A stretch of DNA of 14,785 nucleotides from Candidatus Ratteibacteria bacterium (GCA_049971295.1 JBMFLH010000049.1:1-14785), one strand, 5' to 3'; shown: positions 1-9,195, counted from the stretch's first letter. Translations and numbers: made by a program. Notes: generated by a model not told the origin, from the letters alone.

Positions 1-1
1 T

Positions 2-964
2 ATCATTTCCATTACAGATATTGAAGAACTTTATACTGGTGTGATTGATCTTGTTTATAATCTTGTGAAACCAGATATTGCACTTCTTTATTTCAAAGAT
101 GATGATACAGGAAGATTTTTTCTCAGACGGGCGAAAGGAAATGCATTGGATTTTACTCCTTCATTAGTTCTCTCTCTATCTGAATCAGAAAATTTCTACA
201 GAAAAAATAGCGAGATTGTTACAAGAACAGATGAAAAATCTTTTGAAGTAAAACTGTTTGGGAGAAAAGATATTATTGGTATATTGAAATTTTATTCAAC
301 AGAAAGATTTGATGACAGGGAACTGAATTTTCTTTCGGTGTTTGGTACTCAGATGGGCATTGCTCTTGAAAATGCAAATTTACTTCAGCAACTTCAGGAG
401 TCATACATTAGCGCAATAAGGTCCCTGGTAAATTCACTTGAAGCAAAGGATGCCTACACAAAGAACCATTCTGAACAGGTGGCATATTACGCAGTTGCCA
501 TCGGTAAGGTTCTGGGATTAGACCAAAAATCGCTTGAGAGCCTGCGCAACGCTGCGTACCTGCATGACATTGGAAAGCTGGGTATAAAGGATGAAATTAT
601 TTTGAAGAAAACCTCGCTGTCTGATGAAGAATCAGAGATTATCAAAAAGCATCCTCTCATCACAAAAGAAATTCTTCTGCCACTGAAAATGAGAAAAGAA
701 GAAATAGAAGCTTGTCTTTATCATCATGAGAGGGTCAATGGTAAAGGTTATCCTGAAGGACTATCAGGCGAAAGGATTCCGCTGTTTGCAAGAATTCTTG
801 CAGTGGCTGATGCTTTGAGCGCAATGATTTCTGAACGACCATACAGAAAGAAAATGGAAATAGCAGATGCAGTTGAAGAATTAAAAAGAAATGCGGGCCA
901 ACAGTTTGACAAGAATATTGTAGAGGCACTGATTCACTTTGTTGAAAATTCAACAAAAGTATAA
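2..964 (+). CDS. GAF + HD-GYP domain protein (putative cyclic di-nucleotide phosphodiesterase), 5'-truncated by the window edge
   Basis: The frame is open from position 2 (IISITDIEELYTG...), so GTG at 41 is probably internal. GAF-end pattern IIGILKF...FDDRELNFLSVFGTQMGIALENANL. HD-GYP motifs: EAKDAYTKNHS, LHDIGK, HP, HHERVNGKGYPEGL, ADA and RPYR. Confidence 0.9.
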   Translation: MISITDIEELYTGVIDLVYNLVKPDIALLYFKDDDTGRFFLRRAKGNALDFTPSLVLSLSESENFYRKNSEIVTRTDEKSFEVKLFGRKDIIGILKFYSTERFDDRELNFLSVFGTQMGIALENANLLQQLQESYISAIRSLVNSLEAKDAYTKNHSEQVAYYAVAIGKVLGLDQKSLESLRNAAYLHDIGKLGIKDEIILKKTSLSDEESEIIKKHPLITKEILLPLKMRKEEIEACLYHHERVNGKGYPEGLSGERIPLFARILAVADALSAMISERPYRKKMEIADAVEELKRNAGQQFDKNIVEALIHFVENSTKV

Positions 965-972
965 TCTACGAA

Positions 973-978
973 AAGGAG
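973..978 (+). promoter_or_regulatory. Shine-Dalgarno site of mreB
   Basis: AAGGAG ends 6 nt before ATG 985. Confidence 0.8.
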
Positions 979-984
979 TTTTTC

Positions 985-2010
985 ATGATCAGCATTTCGC
1001 GATTGCTGTCGAATGACCTTGGTATTGACCTTGGAACTGCTAATACCGCGGTTTATGTGAGAGGGAAAGGTGTTGTGTTAATGGAACCTTCTATTGTAGC
1101 AATCAATCGAGATACAAAAGAAGTCCTTGCGGTTGGAATAGAAGCAAAAAAGATGCTGGGTAAAACTCCGGCGAACATCATTGCGATGAAGCCAATGAAG
1201 GATGGCGTGATCGCTGACTTTGATGCATGCGAGTCAATGTTGAGACACTTTATTAATAAGGTAAAATCACCAAGGCACAAGTTTGTTATGCCCCCGAGGA
1301 TGGTGATTGCAGTTCCTTCTGGAATTACAAGCGTTGAAAGAAGGGCGGTTCGTGAAACTGCGTTAAAGGCAGGAGCAAGGATGGTGAAACTTGTGGAAGA
1401 ACCAATGGCATCTGCAGTTGGTGTTGGATTGCCTGTCGAGGAACCGTGTGGCAGTTTTATTCTTGATATTGGTGGTGGTACAACAGAAATGGCTGTGATT
1501 TCCTTAGGAGGACTGGTGCTAACAAAAAGTTTACGTGTCGCCGGTAACGAAATGGATGAGGCAATTGCCAATTACTTAAAAAAGAAATACAACCTTCTTA
1601 TTGGTGAAAAAACCGCCGAGGATATCAAAATAAATATCGGCTCTGCATTTCCACTTGAAGAAGAGTTAACGATGGAGGTTCATGGAAGAGACCTTGTGGA
1701 AGGTCTTCCCAAAATGATCAGGGTCAGATCAGAGGAAATAAGAGAGGCATTGCAAGAAACACTGATGGCAATTGTTAGTGCTGTGAGGGATATTCTTGAA
1801 GAAACTCCCCCTGAACTTTCGAGTGATCTTGTTGAAAGGGGCCTGGTCATTGCAGGCGGAGGGGCTCTATTACGAAATATTGATAAATTAATATCTCAGG
1901 AAACGAAATTACCTGTTGTTGTTGCGGAAAATCCTTTACTTGCCGTTGTGACTGGCGCTGGTAGGATGCTTGAAGAAGATCATTATCTGAAGATGTTTCC
2001 TTCCGAATAG
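985..2010 (+). CDS. mreB: Rod shape-determining protein MreB
   Basis: Motifs DLGIDLGTANT, EPSIVA, PMKDGVIADF, VPSGITSVERRAV, DIGGGTTE, TPPELSSDL and GGGALL. First gene of an mreBCD cluster. Confidence 0.98.
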   Translation: MISISRLLSNDLGIDLGTANTAVYVRGKGVVLMEPSIVAINRDTKEVLAVGIEAKKMLGKTPANIIAMKPMKDGVIADFDACESMLRHFINKVKSPRHKFVMPPRMVIAVPSGITSVERRAVRETALKAGARMVKLVEEPMASAVGVGLPVEEPCGSFILDIGGGTTEMAVISLGGLVLTKSLRVAGNEMDEAIANYLKKKYNLLIGEKTAEDIKINIGSAFPLEEELTMEVHGRDLVEGLPKMIRVRSEEIREALQETLMAIVSAVRDILEETPPELSSDLVERGLVIAGGGALLRNIDKLISQETKLPVVVAENPLLAVVTGAGRMLEEDHYLKMFPSE

Positions 2011-2018
2011 GCGGTTGA

Positions 2019-2702
2019 ATGCTGTGGAGATTCCGTCGAGAAATTATCTTTATCGTTCTCATGATAATTGGCATATGGTTGATTAGATATGGAGTATCGT
2101 TCAGAACGACTTTTTCAAAGCATACGGCATCTTCCGGGAATTTTCAGCCAGGCGTTGAGCGTATTGTTAATGAGAATGAACAGTTGAAAAAATTGCTTGG
2201 TTTAAAACAATCTGAGAATTTTTCACACATTGTCTATGCTGATGTGAAAACAATTTCTCCATGGGTTTTTCCTTCTATCATGGTTGTTGATAAGGGTGCA
2301 GAAAATGGTGTAAAAGAGGGAATGAGTGTAATAAGTTCCAGTGGTTCACTGATAGGTAGAATCATTACCGTGAACAAAAACGATGCAACAGCAATTACAC
2401 TGTATCATCCTGATAGCAAAGTGAGTGTTATGGTTTTGTCAACAGGAGAACTTGCAGTGATTGAAGGGGTTTCTGTGACACCATTGTATCCATATCTAAG
2501 AATAAAATTCTTGCCGCCAGAATGCAGGGCATCTGCTGGTGATATTGTTGAGACAAGTGGTCTTACAAGGTTGTTTCCACATCATATCAAAGTGGGAACA
2601 ATATTAAAAATTGACCGTTCAAGCTCAGAACCTATTGCACGCGGTATTGTATCTCCTTTTTTTATCCATGAAAATATCAACACAGTTGCACTGGTTGAAT
2701 AA
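2019..2702 (+). CDS. mreC: Rod shape-determining protein MreC
   Basis: N-terminal TM helix, short coiled coil ENEQLKKLL, motifs VDKGAENGV..GMSV, LIGRI and GDIVETSGL..LFP..IKVG. Directly follows mreB. Confidence 0.92.
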   Translation: MLWRFRREIIFIVLMIIGIWLIRYGVSFRTTFSKHTASSGNFQPGVERIVNENEQLKKLLGLKQSENFSHIVYADVKTISPWVFPSIMVVDKGAENGVKEGMSVISSSGSLIGRIITVNKNDATAITLYHPDSKVSVMVLSTGELAVIEGVSVTPLYPYLRIKFLPPECRASAGDIVETSGLTRLFPHHIKVGTILKIDRSSSEPIARGIVSPFFIHENINTVALVE

Positions 2703-3150
2703 TAGGGAATTCTGGTTATTATTGATTCTTCCATCTGTATGTCAGGTTTTATTGCCGCATCTGTGGATTGATTTTTTTCTGCTCGGGTTATTTTATGTCG
2801 CTTTTAACAAAAAGGTATTTCCCTTCTTTTTAATGGTTTTTTTATGGAGTATAATATACTCAATCACAACAACTGATAATCCAGGTGGTGAAATGCTGGC
2901 GCTCGGGACTGTCTGGTATATGTTTTCATCTTTCAAGATTGACACTGATATTAAGAGAATTGTTTCAGCGGTGATTGGTTGTTTTTTATATCTTATTGTA
3001 AAATTCTGCCTGATTTCAGGTGGGTGCATATGGAATATTCCTATGACAATAGTTTTTTCGGTCTGGTTTATATTGATACATACCACAATCTGTTTTATTT
3101 TTATTATAGTGAGATACCATCTTTCAAAGGGATATCTTTCAACAACCTGA
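2695..3150 (+). CDS. mreD: Probable rod shape-determining protein MreD (divergent polytopic membrane protein)
   Basis: About 150 aa, highly hydrophobic, roughly 5 TM segments, lying between mreC and PBP2. Start placed at in-frame TTG 2695, overlapping the mreC stop; exact start is uncertain. Identity rests mainly on synteny. Confidence 0.72.
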   Translation: MNNREFWLLLILPSVCQVLLPHLWIDFFLLGLFYVAFNKKVFPFFLMVFLWSIIYSITTTDNPGGEMLALGTVWYMFSSFKIDTDIKRIVSAVIGCFLYLIVKFCLISGGCIWNIPMTIVFSVWFILIHTTICFIFIIVRYHLSKGYLSTT

Positions 3151-3159
3151 ATTAATTCT

Positions 3160-4923
3160 ATGGAACAGAGACTCAAAATTTTTCAGCAATTCATAAGATT
3201 TTTATTGATTATTCTGCTACTTCAATGTGTAAATCTACAAGTTTTTCATTTTTCATACTATAGGATGTTATCAGACCAGAATTGCATCAGAACAATTGAT
3301 CTTGGAATTCCCCGTGGAAAGATTTTTGACAGGAATGGAAGGATTCTTGCTGAAGATAAAACATGCTTCAATCTTGTATATGTGCCATATGACCTTAAAA
3401 ATCCTGAGGAAGTTGCCTCCATTCTTTCCAGAATTATTGGTATGGATCGTTCGGAACTTCTGGCTCAATTAAATAAAAAATCATCAAATCCTTTTGAAAG
3501 AAGAATTTTGAAAAGATCTCTCAGCCAGTCAGAGATCGCTGCTGTGTCAGAGTATGCTTTTAAGTTATCAGGTATTTTTGTGCAGGCAGGATTGGACAGG
3601 CAATATACTCTTGGAGAAGGTGCTGCCCATTTACTTGGCTATACCGGGGAAGTGAGTCAGGAAGATCTGGATCTGTTAAGGGAAGAAGGCGTAAAGTCAG
3701 GTCATTACATTGGAAAATATGGGTTGGAAAAACAATATGATAGGTTCTTACGGGGTAAATCAGGAGGATATCAAATAGAGGTAGATGCTCATGGTCATCA
3801 AAGAAGAATACTGAAAGAAATAGCCATGGCACCCGGCAATAATTTGGTTCTTACTGTGGATCAGACAGTGCAGGAGGCATGTATTAATGCTCTTGGTGAT
3901 AGGTCCGGGTCAATTATCGTGATGGACCCAAGAGACGGCGAAGTTCTTGCGCTCGTCAGTAAGCCCTCTTTTGACCCCCTGAATATTGCAAAGTATCTGG
4001 TAGCACCATATAGTAACAAAAACCCGTTTCTCAATCGTGTGATTGCCGGACAATATGCACCGGGGTCGATTTTTAAAATTATAACTGAAATTGCTGCTCT
4101 TGAAAGTGGTGAAATTGGCGAACACGATCGCATTGAATGCACTGGAAGCATGGAAGTTGGAGATAAAATTTTTCATTGCTGGAAGGAGGAAGGACATGGC
4201 TGGGTAGATATAAATCTTGCCCTTCCATTTTCCTGTAATATATTTTTTGGAACTGTCGGAGCAAAACTTGGTGTAAGCAAAATTCTTGAATATGCGAATC
4301 TTTTCGATTTTGGTAAGCCCTCAGGTATTGACCTTCCAGGAGAAAAATCAGGAAACCTTCCTTCTCCTGAAGAATCAGGCGGGCCAGTCAATATCGCAAT
4401 AGGTCAGGGTGCCATTTTAACGACACCAATTCAATTGTGTATGATGATATCAGCAATTGCAAATGGAGGTAATCTTTGGAAGCCATTTATAGCCAGGAAA
4501 ATCATCGCACCTGATGGAAAGACGATTAAGGAATTTCAGCCAGTACTAAAAAAAACAATTTTTATTTCAGATGAAACTTTGACGATATTAAGAAGGGGAT
4601 TAAAAAATGTTGTGAAATTTGGCACAGGAGCAGGTGCCAATGTTGCTGGAGTTGAAATCGCAGGCAAGACAGGGACAGCTCAGATTGCCCAGCGAGAACT
4701 TGGATTGCCAACAAGAGGGGCTTTTGCCTGTTATGCTCCTGCTGACAGTCCGAGTATTGCAATGGTGGTGGTTCTTGATGAAGGAAGTTCATCTCAGGCA
4801 GCACGGATCGCAGGCGCTATTATCAAAAAGATTTATACTGCCGAAGAAGTAAGCAGCGAAACAATAATCACTGAAACTCAGCAAACACAGACGTTACCAT
4901 CTGGAAGTCAGGGGTTTGAATAA
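3160..4923 (+). CDS. mrdA: Penicillin-binding protein 2 (class B transpeptidase)
   Basis: N-terminal TM helix, PRGKIFDRNG, GKYGLEKQYD, catalytic SxxK (GSIFK), SxN (SCN) and KTG (GKTGT). Lies between mreD and rodA. Confidence 0.95.
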   Translation: MEQRLKIFQQFIRFLLIILLLQCVNLQVFHFSYYRMLSDQNCIRTIDLGIPRGKIFDRNGRILAEDKTCFNLVYVPYDLKNPEEVASILSRIIGMDRSELLAQLNKKSSNPFERRILKRSLSQSEIAAVSEYAFKLSGIFVQAGLDRQYTLGEGAAHLLGYTGEVSQEDLDLLREEGVKSGHYIGKYGLEKQYDRFLRGKSGGYQIEVDAHGHQRRILKEIAMAPGNNLVLTVDQTVQEACINALGDRSGSIIVMDPRDGEVLALVSKPSFDPLNIAKYLVAPYSNKNPFLNRVIAGQYAPGSIFKIITEIAALESGEIGEHDRIECTGSMEVGDKIFHCWKEEGHGWVDINLALPFSCNIFFGTVGAKLGVSKILEYANLFDFGKPSGIDLPGEKSGNLPSPEESGGPVNIAIGQGAILTTPIQLCMMISAIANGGNLWKPFIARKIIAPDGKTIKEFQPVLKKTIFISDETLTILRRGLKNVVKFGTGAGANVAGVEIAGKTGTAQIAQRELGLPTRGAFACYAPADSPSIAMVVVLDEGSSSQAARIAGAIIKKIYTAEEVSSETIITETQQTQTLPSGSQGFE

Positions 4924-6004
4924 AATGGAAAACCACGCTAATCCCGGAAAAATTTTGATGATTATAACCTCGGTGCTTGTGGCACTCGGGGTACTATTGC
5001 TTTATAGCGCTTCAAGAAGTATTGCTGCGATTCAAACCGGTTTGCCTGTTTATATCAAGCAGGTAATATGGATAATTCTTGGAGTCATCATTGCCCTGTG
5101 GTTGAAGGACTTTGACTACAGGCACTGGAACAAACTTGCCCATGTGTTGTACTTTATTACTCTGATTCTTCTTGTGGTAGTTCTTGTAATAGGCACAGGA
5201 AGGGCTGGAAGATGGATAAAAATAGGTTGGTTCAATTTTCAGCCCTCTGAGTTTGCAAAGTTTGTACTCATTGTAGTTCTTGCTCGATATTTTTCAATTA
5301 GAGATGTTCAGAGGGTTTCAACGCTTTTTGGTGGTATGATCATTACAGGTATACCATTTTTGCTAATACTTATTCAACCAAATCTGGGGACAGCGTTTCT
5401 TTTTATCATGATATTTTTTGCAATGGCGTATTTTGCAGGAGCGAAGGGAAAACATCTTCTAATTTTATTGATTGCAGGAATATTAATGAGTCCGTTTTTA
5501 TGGATGGGATTGAAAGATTATCAAAAGCAAAGGCTTGTGATTTTTTTGAATCCGTGGACGGACCCACTGGGAAAGGGATATAACATTCTTCAATCAAAAA
5601 TTACAATTGGTTCTGGCGGTATTATTGGAAAGGGATTCCTCAGAGGAACTCAGACAAAACTTGCATTTCTTCCAGAGTTCCATACTGATTTTATCTTCTG
5701 CCTGCTTGCAGAGGAATTCGGACTCGTCGGGGTGTTTGTGCTTCTCTTTCTTTACTATGTTTTTCTAACACAGGCATTGAGAATCACTCTTACAACCCAG
5801 GATCCATTTGGACGACTTGTTGGAACAGGTATTATGGTGATGTTTATTGTTCAGATTTTTGTTAACATAGGTATGGCATCAGGAATTTTACCTGTTGCAG
5901 GGATTCCATTGCCATTTTTGAGCTATGGTGGTTCTGCGATGCTGGTGTGCTTTTTATGCGTCGCCACCCTTTACAATTTGCATAAAAATACCACACTTTT
6001 CTGA
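4916..6004 (+). CDS. rodA: Rod shape-determining protein RodA (SEDS glycosyltransferase)
   Basis: Motifs RWI, FQPSEFAK, QPNLGT, YQKQR, DPLGKGYN..QS..TIGSGG, LPEFHTDFIF..LAEE.G and GIPLPFLSYGGS. Start is TTG 4916 or ATG 4925. Confidence 0.95.
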   Translation: MNKMENHANPGKILMIITSVLVALGVLLLYSASRSIAAIQTGLPVYIKQVIWIILGVIIALWLKDFDYRHWNKLAHVLYFITLILLVVVLVIGTGRAGRWIKIGWFNFQPSEFAKFVLIVVLARYFSIRDVQRVSTLFGGMIITGIPFLLILIQPNLGTAFLFIMIFFAMAYFAGAKGKHLLILLIAGILMSPFLWMGLKDYQKQRLVIFLNPWTDPLGKGYNILQSKITIGSGGIIGKGFLRGTQTKLAFLPEFHTDFIFCLLAEEFGLVGVFVLLFLYYVFLTQALRITLTTQDPFGRLVGTGIMVMFIVQIFVNIGMASGILPVAGIPLPFLSYGGSAMLVCFLCVATLYNLHKNTTLF

Positions 6005-6011
6005 ACACTCT

Positions 6012-7727
6012 ATGTTTAACCTTGAAGAAGTTTTGAACAAAATAAGAAAACCAATCACATATTTCAATAATGAAATAAATTCCATCCATCCTGATATTGA
6101 ACATGCACGGATAACAATTGCTTTAGGATATCCGGATTTATATGAAGTCGGTATGTCAAATCTTGGAATCAGAATTTTATATGATTTACTCAATAGCATA
6201 AAAGGGGTTGCCTGTGAAAGGTTTTTTGCTCCTGGAATTGATCTGGAAGAAATTTTGCGAAAGGAGAGTGAATTTTTATTTTCACTTGAATCAAAGTTAC
6301 CTCTAAAAAAATTTGATATTGTTGGCTTCAGTATTTCTTCTGAATTGAACTACACCAATGTCATTAATCTTCTATCTCTTTCAGGTATTCCGATTTATTC
6401 TTCACAGCGCTCCGAAAATGATCCGATCATTATTGCTGGTGGTAATTGTTCATTTCATCCAGAAGCGCTTGCTGACTTTATAGACATCTGGATCGTCGGT
6501 GAGGCAGAGGAAGCAATGGTTGAATTCGTTAATACCTTCAAACAATTAAAGGGCCTCAGAAGGAATGACATCATCAAGGAACTGGCAAAAATCAGGGGAT
6601 GTTACGCGCCTTCTTTTTATCGTATGGACTCTGATGAAGGTGTGAGTCCTGTTGAAGAGGGCATTCCTGAGCTTATTGAACGACGTTTTGTGAAAGATTT
6701 TGAAAACGCGCCATTTCCTACAAAATGGATTGTGCCGTTGTGTGACATTGTTCACGATAGGATTTCGCTTGAAATTATGAGAGGATGTCCTCAGGCATGC
6801 CTTTTCTGCCAGGCTGGATTTTGCTGGAAACCAGTGAGAAAAAGGAGTGCAGAAACAGTTATCAAACTTGGACTTCAAGCATATCAAAACACAGGTTATG
6901 AGGAAATTTCTCTTTTGTCTTTTTCCTCTGCGGATCATCCGGAAATAGAGAAAATTGTGATTGGATTAACCGACCAACTGAAGGACAAAAATGTTGCAAT
7001 TTCTTTTCCTTCGTTGAGAATAGACACATTTTCTTTTCATCTTGCAAACAGAATCAGTCAGGTGAGAAGAACAGGGCTAACCTTTGCGCCAGAAACTGGA
7101 GAAACCCTAAGAAAATTAACAGGGAAACCAATCACTGATGATACGCTATTAAATCTTGCTATGGACGCAAAAAAAACGCAGTGGCGGCAGTTGAAACTCT
7201 ATTTTATGCTTGGGCTACCTGGTGAAAATGATAAAACGATAGAAGAAATTGAAACATTAATAAGGAAAATTTCAAAAATTATTTCGGTAAAGTGTTCGTT
7301 CAATGTTTTTATTCCGAAGCCACATACTCCGTTTCAATGGGAAAAATTTCCTGAGTTTGAAACACATTCAGAGATAAAAAACAGGTTATTAAGAAATTTT
7401 TCAAAGAACAGATTTGTTCAATTGAAATTTCATCCATGGGAAATGAGCGCGATAGAATGTCTTCTCTCAAGAGGAAACAGGAAACTTGGAGATGTCATTG
7501 TTTCTGTCTGGAAGGCAGGCGGCAAAAAGGAAAACTGGTCTGAAACATTCAATTTCAATCGTTGGAATGATTCAATGGAGAAACATGGCCTGGATTTTGA
7601 CGATTATCTTGGCAACTCACCTGTGATATGCAATAGATGGAAACATATCAGGGCGTCCGTTTCATTTGATAAACTGTCAAAAATTCGAGATGTTTTCTAT
7701 CAGAAGTTGAATCATCATACCTCCTGA
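6012..7727 (+). CDS. B12-binding-domain radical SAM protein, TIGR03960-like
   Basis: Motifs YPDLYEVGMSNLG, CERFF, LFSLES, EIMRGCPQACLFCQAG (CxxxCxxC at 6786-6809), PSLR, LTFAPE, KLYFMLGLP and FIPKPHTPFQW. This family commonly follows rodA. Start placed at ATG 6012, 7 nt after the rodA stop. Confidence 0.88.
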   Translation: MFNLEEVLNKIRKPITYFNNEINSIHPDIEHARITIALGYPDLYEVGMSNLGIRILYDLLNSIKGVACERFFAPGIDLEEILRKESEFLFSLESKLPLKKFDIVGFSISSELNYTNVINLLSLSGIPIYSSQRSENDPIIIAGGNCSFHPEALADFIDIWIVGEAEEAMVEFVNTFKQLKGLRRNDIIKELAKIRGCYAPSFYRMDSDEGVSPVEEGIPELIERRFVKDFENAPFPTKWIVPLCDIVHDRISLEIMRGCPQACLFCQAGFCWKPVRKRSAETVIKLGLQAYQNTGYEEISLLSFSSADHPEIEKIVIGLTDQLKDKNVAISFPSLRIDTFSFHLANRISQVRRTGLTFAPETGETLRKLTGKPITDDTLLNLAMDAKKTQWRQLKLYFMLGLPGENDKTIEEIETLIRKISKIISVKCSFNVFIPKPHTPFQWEKFPEFETHSEIKNRLLRNFSKNRFVQLKFHPWEMSAIECLLSRGNRKLGDVIVSVWKAGGKKENWSETFNFNRWNDSMEKHGLDFDDYLGNSPVICNRWKHIRASVSFDKLSKIRDVFYQKLNHHTS

Positions 7728-9145
7728 ATTTCAGGAATCAACTGTTTCCATACATTGTACTTCCATCCATTTCTCAGCGTTCTCATCGGATAGCAACCCG
7801 TTGCATCCCAGAGACGTATTCTGGCATACGCAAGCAAATCTCCCATGCTTGAGTATTCCGGATATGTGGGACTTTTTTCTGTCAGGTCATCACAGACTGC
7901 AAGAATGGTATCTGGCTGCTTCCTATTTTTGCAAGGATAAACAATTGCAGAACCACCACCAGCATTCACTCTGACCCAGAAGGCATCAAGATCTTCACCA
8001 AGATTCCTGTATGAATTAACAATCTCTTTGATGTTTCCTTTAAGTTTTCCACCAGCTGATGGATGCAGGCATAACCGTGCTCCGCCCATTACACCAGTAG
8101 CCCATACATCCTGGTAATGTCCATCATGACACACTCCGACAGCAACTTCTATTCCACAGACCCTTTGTAAATTATAGTTCCTGCCATGCCACAGGCCTTC
8201 TTCACATGAATGTACCTTTGCCATCATCGGTCCCAGTGTTCCGTCCGGTCTCACAAATCTATGGCAGTTAATTCTCACTGCATCAATGGTTGCTCCTTCA
8301 ACATATTTTCCTGAAATCCATTCAGGATGACCGATAAGAACGTAGGGAGCGTTTTTGATTCTTGAAACCGTCTTTTGAAATCTCAGCAGTTGTTTCTGTA
8401 TATGGTGTCTATCGTAAAGTTCTGGTGCAATTCGCAGACCTGTTAAACTTGTTTCTGGTGTTACAAGAACCTGTACTGCATTTTCTGCAGCGCGTCTTAC
8501 ACCTTCAATCAGTGCATTGACATTTTCTTCAGTGGTTGATTTTATTGATTGTTGCCATATTCCAATACTCAGATATTCGGGTCTTGGACGCAGGGGTCCT
8601 GAAATTTTAAAGTGTGAGATGGCAATTTCCCCTTTTCCTTTTAATCCAAGCATAAACAGAGATTCTGGCAAAAAATCAATGTTTCTTACTGTTCCGATGT
8701 GATGATTGTTAATCAGAATTTGTACTTGAGAACCTTCGTAAGGGAGGCCTTCAAGAATGTCTTGATTTCTGATAACGCTGATAGTTGAAACATGAGAAAC
8801 CTTAGTGTTAATAGAGTATCTTGGTTGTTGTTTATGAAACTCGTGGGTGGAAAGTTTTAACCCCAAGTTTTTGAAGTCAAAAGTGATATTTATGAATTCA
8901 AATCCTGCAAGGAAACCGCAGGTAAAAGTACCGGTCTGCGGATGTCCTTCAGCAAACTGAATATCAACCCTATCTCCATATATTGAACATGGTCTTAAGT
9001 AGACAGAAGCTACGTCATCTGCGAGATTTTCTATGCACAATATTCCATTCTCCCTCTTAATGGAAAAATCTTTTTCAGAGATTGCTTCCCAGGTATCGTC
9101 AAACTCGTGTTTGAAATCCCATTCTTTAATGTATGGATATGCCAT
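7715..9145 (-). CDS. Carbon-nitrogen hydrolase (nitrilase superfamily) domain protein with an uncharacterised ~185-aa N-terminal domain
   Basis: The C-terminal part begins LSIGIWQ and has a Glu-Lys-Cys triad in canonical order: VLVTPE231TSLTG, AK310VH, VGVC339HD, followed by GARLCLHPSA and VRVN. Start placed at ATG 9145 (476 aa) because the longer ORF overlaps the divergent gene. Confidence 0.8.
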   Translation of the reverse strand: MAYPYIKEWDFKHEFDDTWEAISEKDFSIKRENGILCIENLADDVASVYLRPCSIYGDRVDIQFAEGHPQTGTFTCGFLAGFEFINITFDFKNLGLKLSTHEFHKQQPRYSINTKVSHVSTISVIRNQDILEGLPYEGSQVQILINNHHIGTVRNIDFLPESLFMLGLKGKGEIAISHFKISGPLRPRPEYLSIGIWQQSIKSTTEENVNALIEGVRRAAENAVQVLVTPETSLTGLRIAPELYDRHHIQKQLLRFQKTVSRIKNAPYVLIGHPEWISGKYVEGATIDAVRINCHRFVRPDGTLGPMMAKVHSCEEGLWHGRNYNLQRVCGIEVAVGVCHDGHYQDVWATGVMGGARLCLHPSAGGKLKGNIKEIVNSYRNLGEDLDAFWVRVNAGGGSAIVYPCKNRKQPDTILAVCDDLTEKSPTYPEYSSMGDLLAYARIRLWDATGCYPMRTLRNGWKYNVWKQLIPEIQEV

Positions 9146-9152
9146 AGGCACT

Positions 9153-9180
9153 ATTATAAAATTTTTCTGTTTTGTTTCAA
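9153..9180 (-). promoter_or_regulatory. Sigma70-type promoter for the C-N hydrolase gene
   Basis: Minus strand TTGAAA (9180-9175), 16 nt spacer, TATAAT (9158-9153), then 7 nt to ATG 9145. Confidence 0.65.
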
Positions 9181-9195
9181 ATTTCTCCTGTTTTT

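Noticed and set aside
41..43. GTG as start of the HD-GYP gene
   Set aside because: The frame is open back to position 2, there is no SD, and the codon falls inside the GAF domain.
1053..1571. 172-aa antisense ORF opposite mreB
   Set aside because: Antisense shadow of a conserved gene, with no recognisable motif.
2611..2694. Longer mreD start overlapping mreC by 92 bp
   Set aside because: The extension lies in the mreC 3' end; TTG 2695 gives a typical short coupled overlap.
5925..6011. N-terminal extension of the radical SAM ORF into rodA
   Set aside because: It overlaps the last RodA TM segment; family-like sequence begins at ATG 6012.
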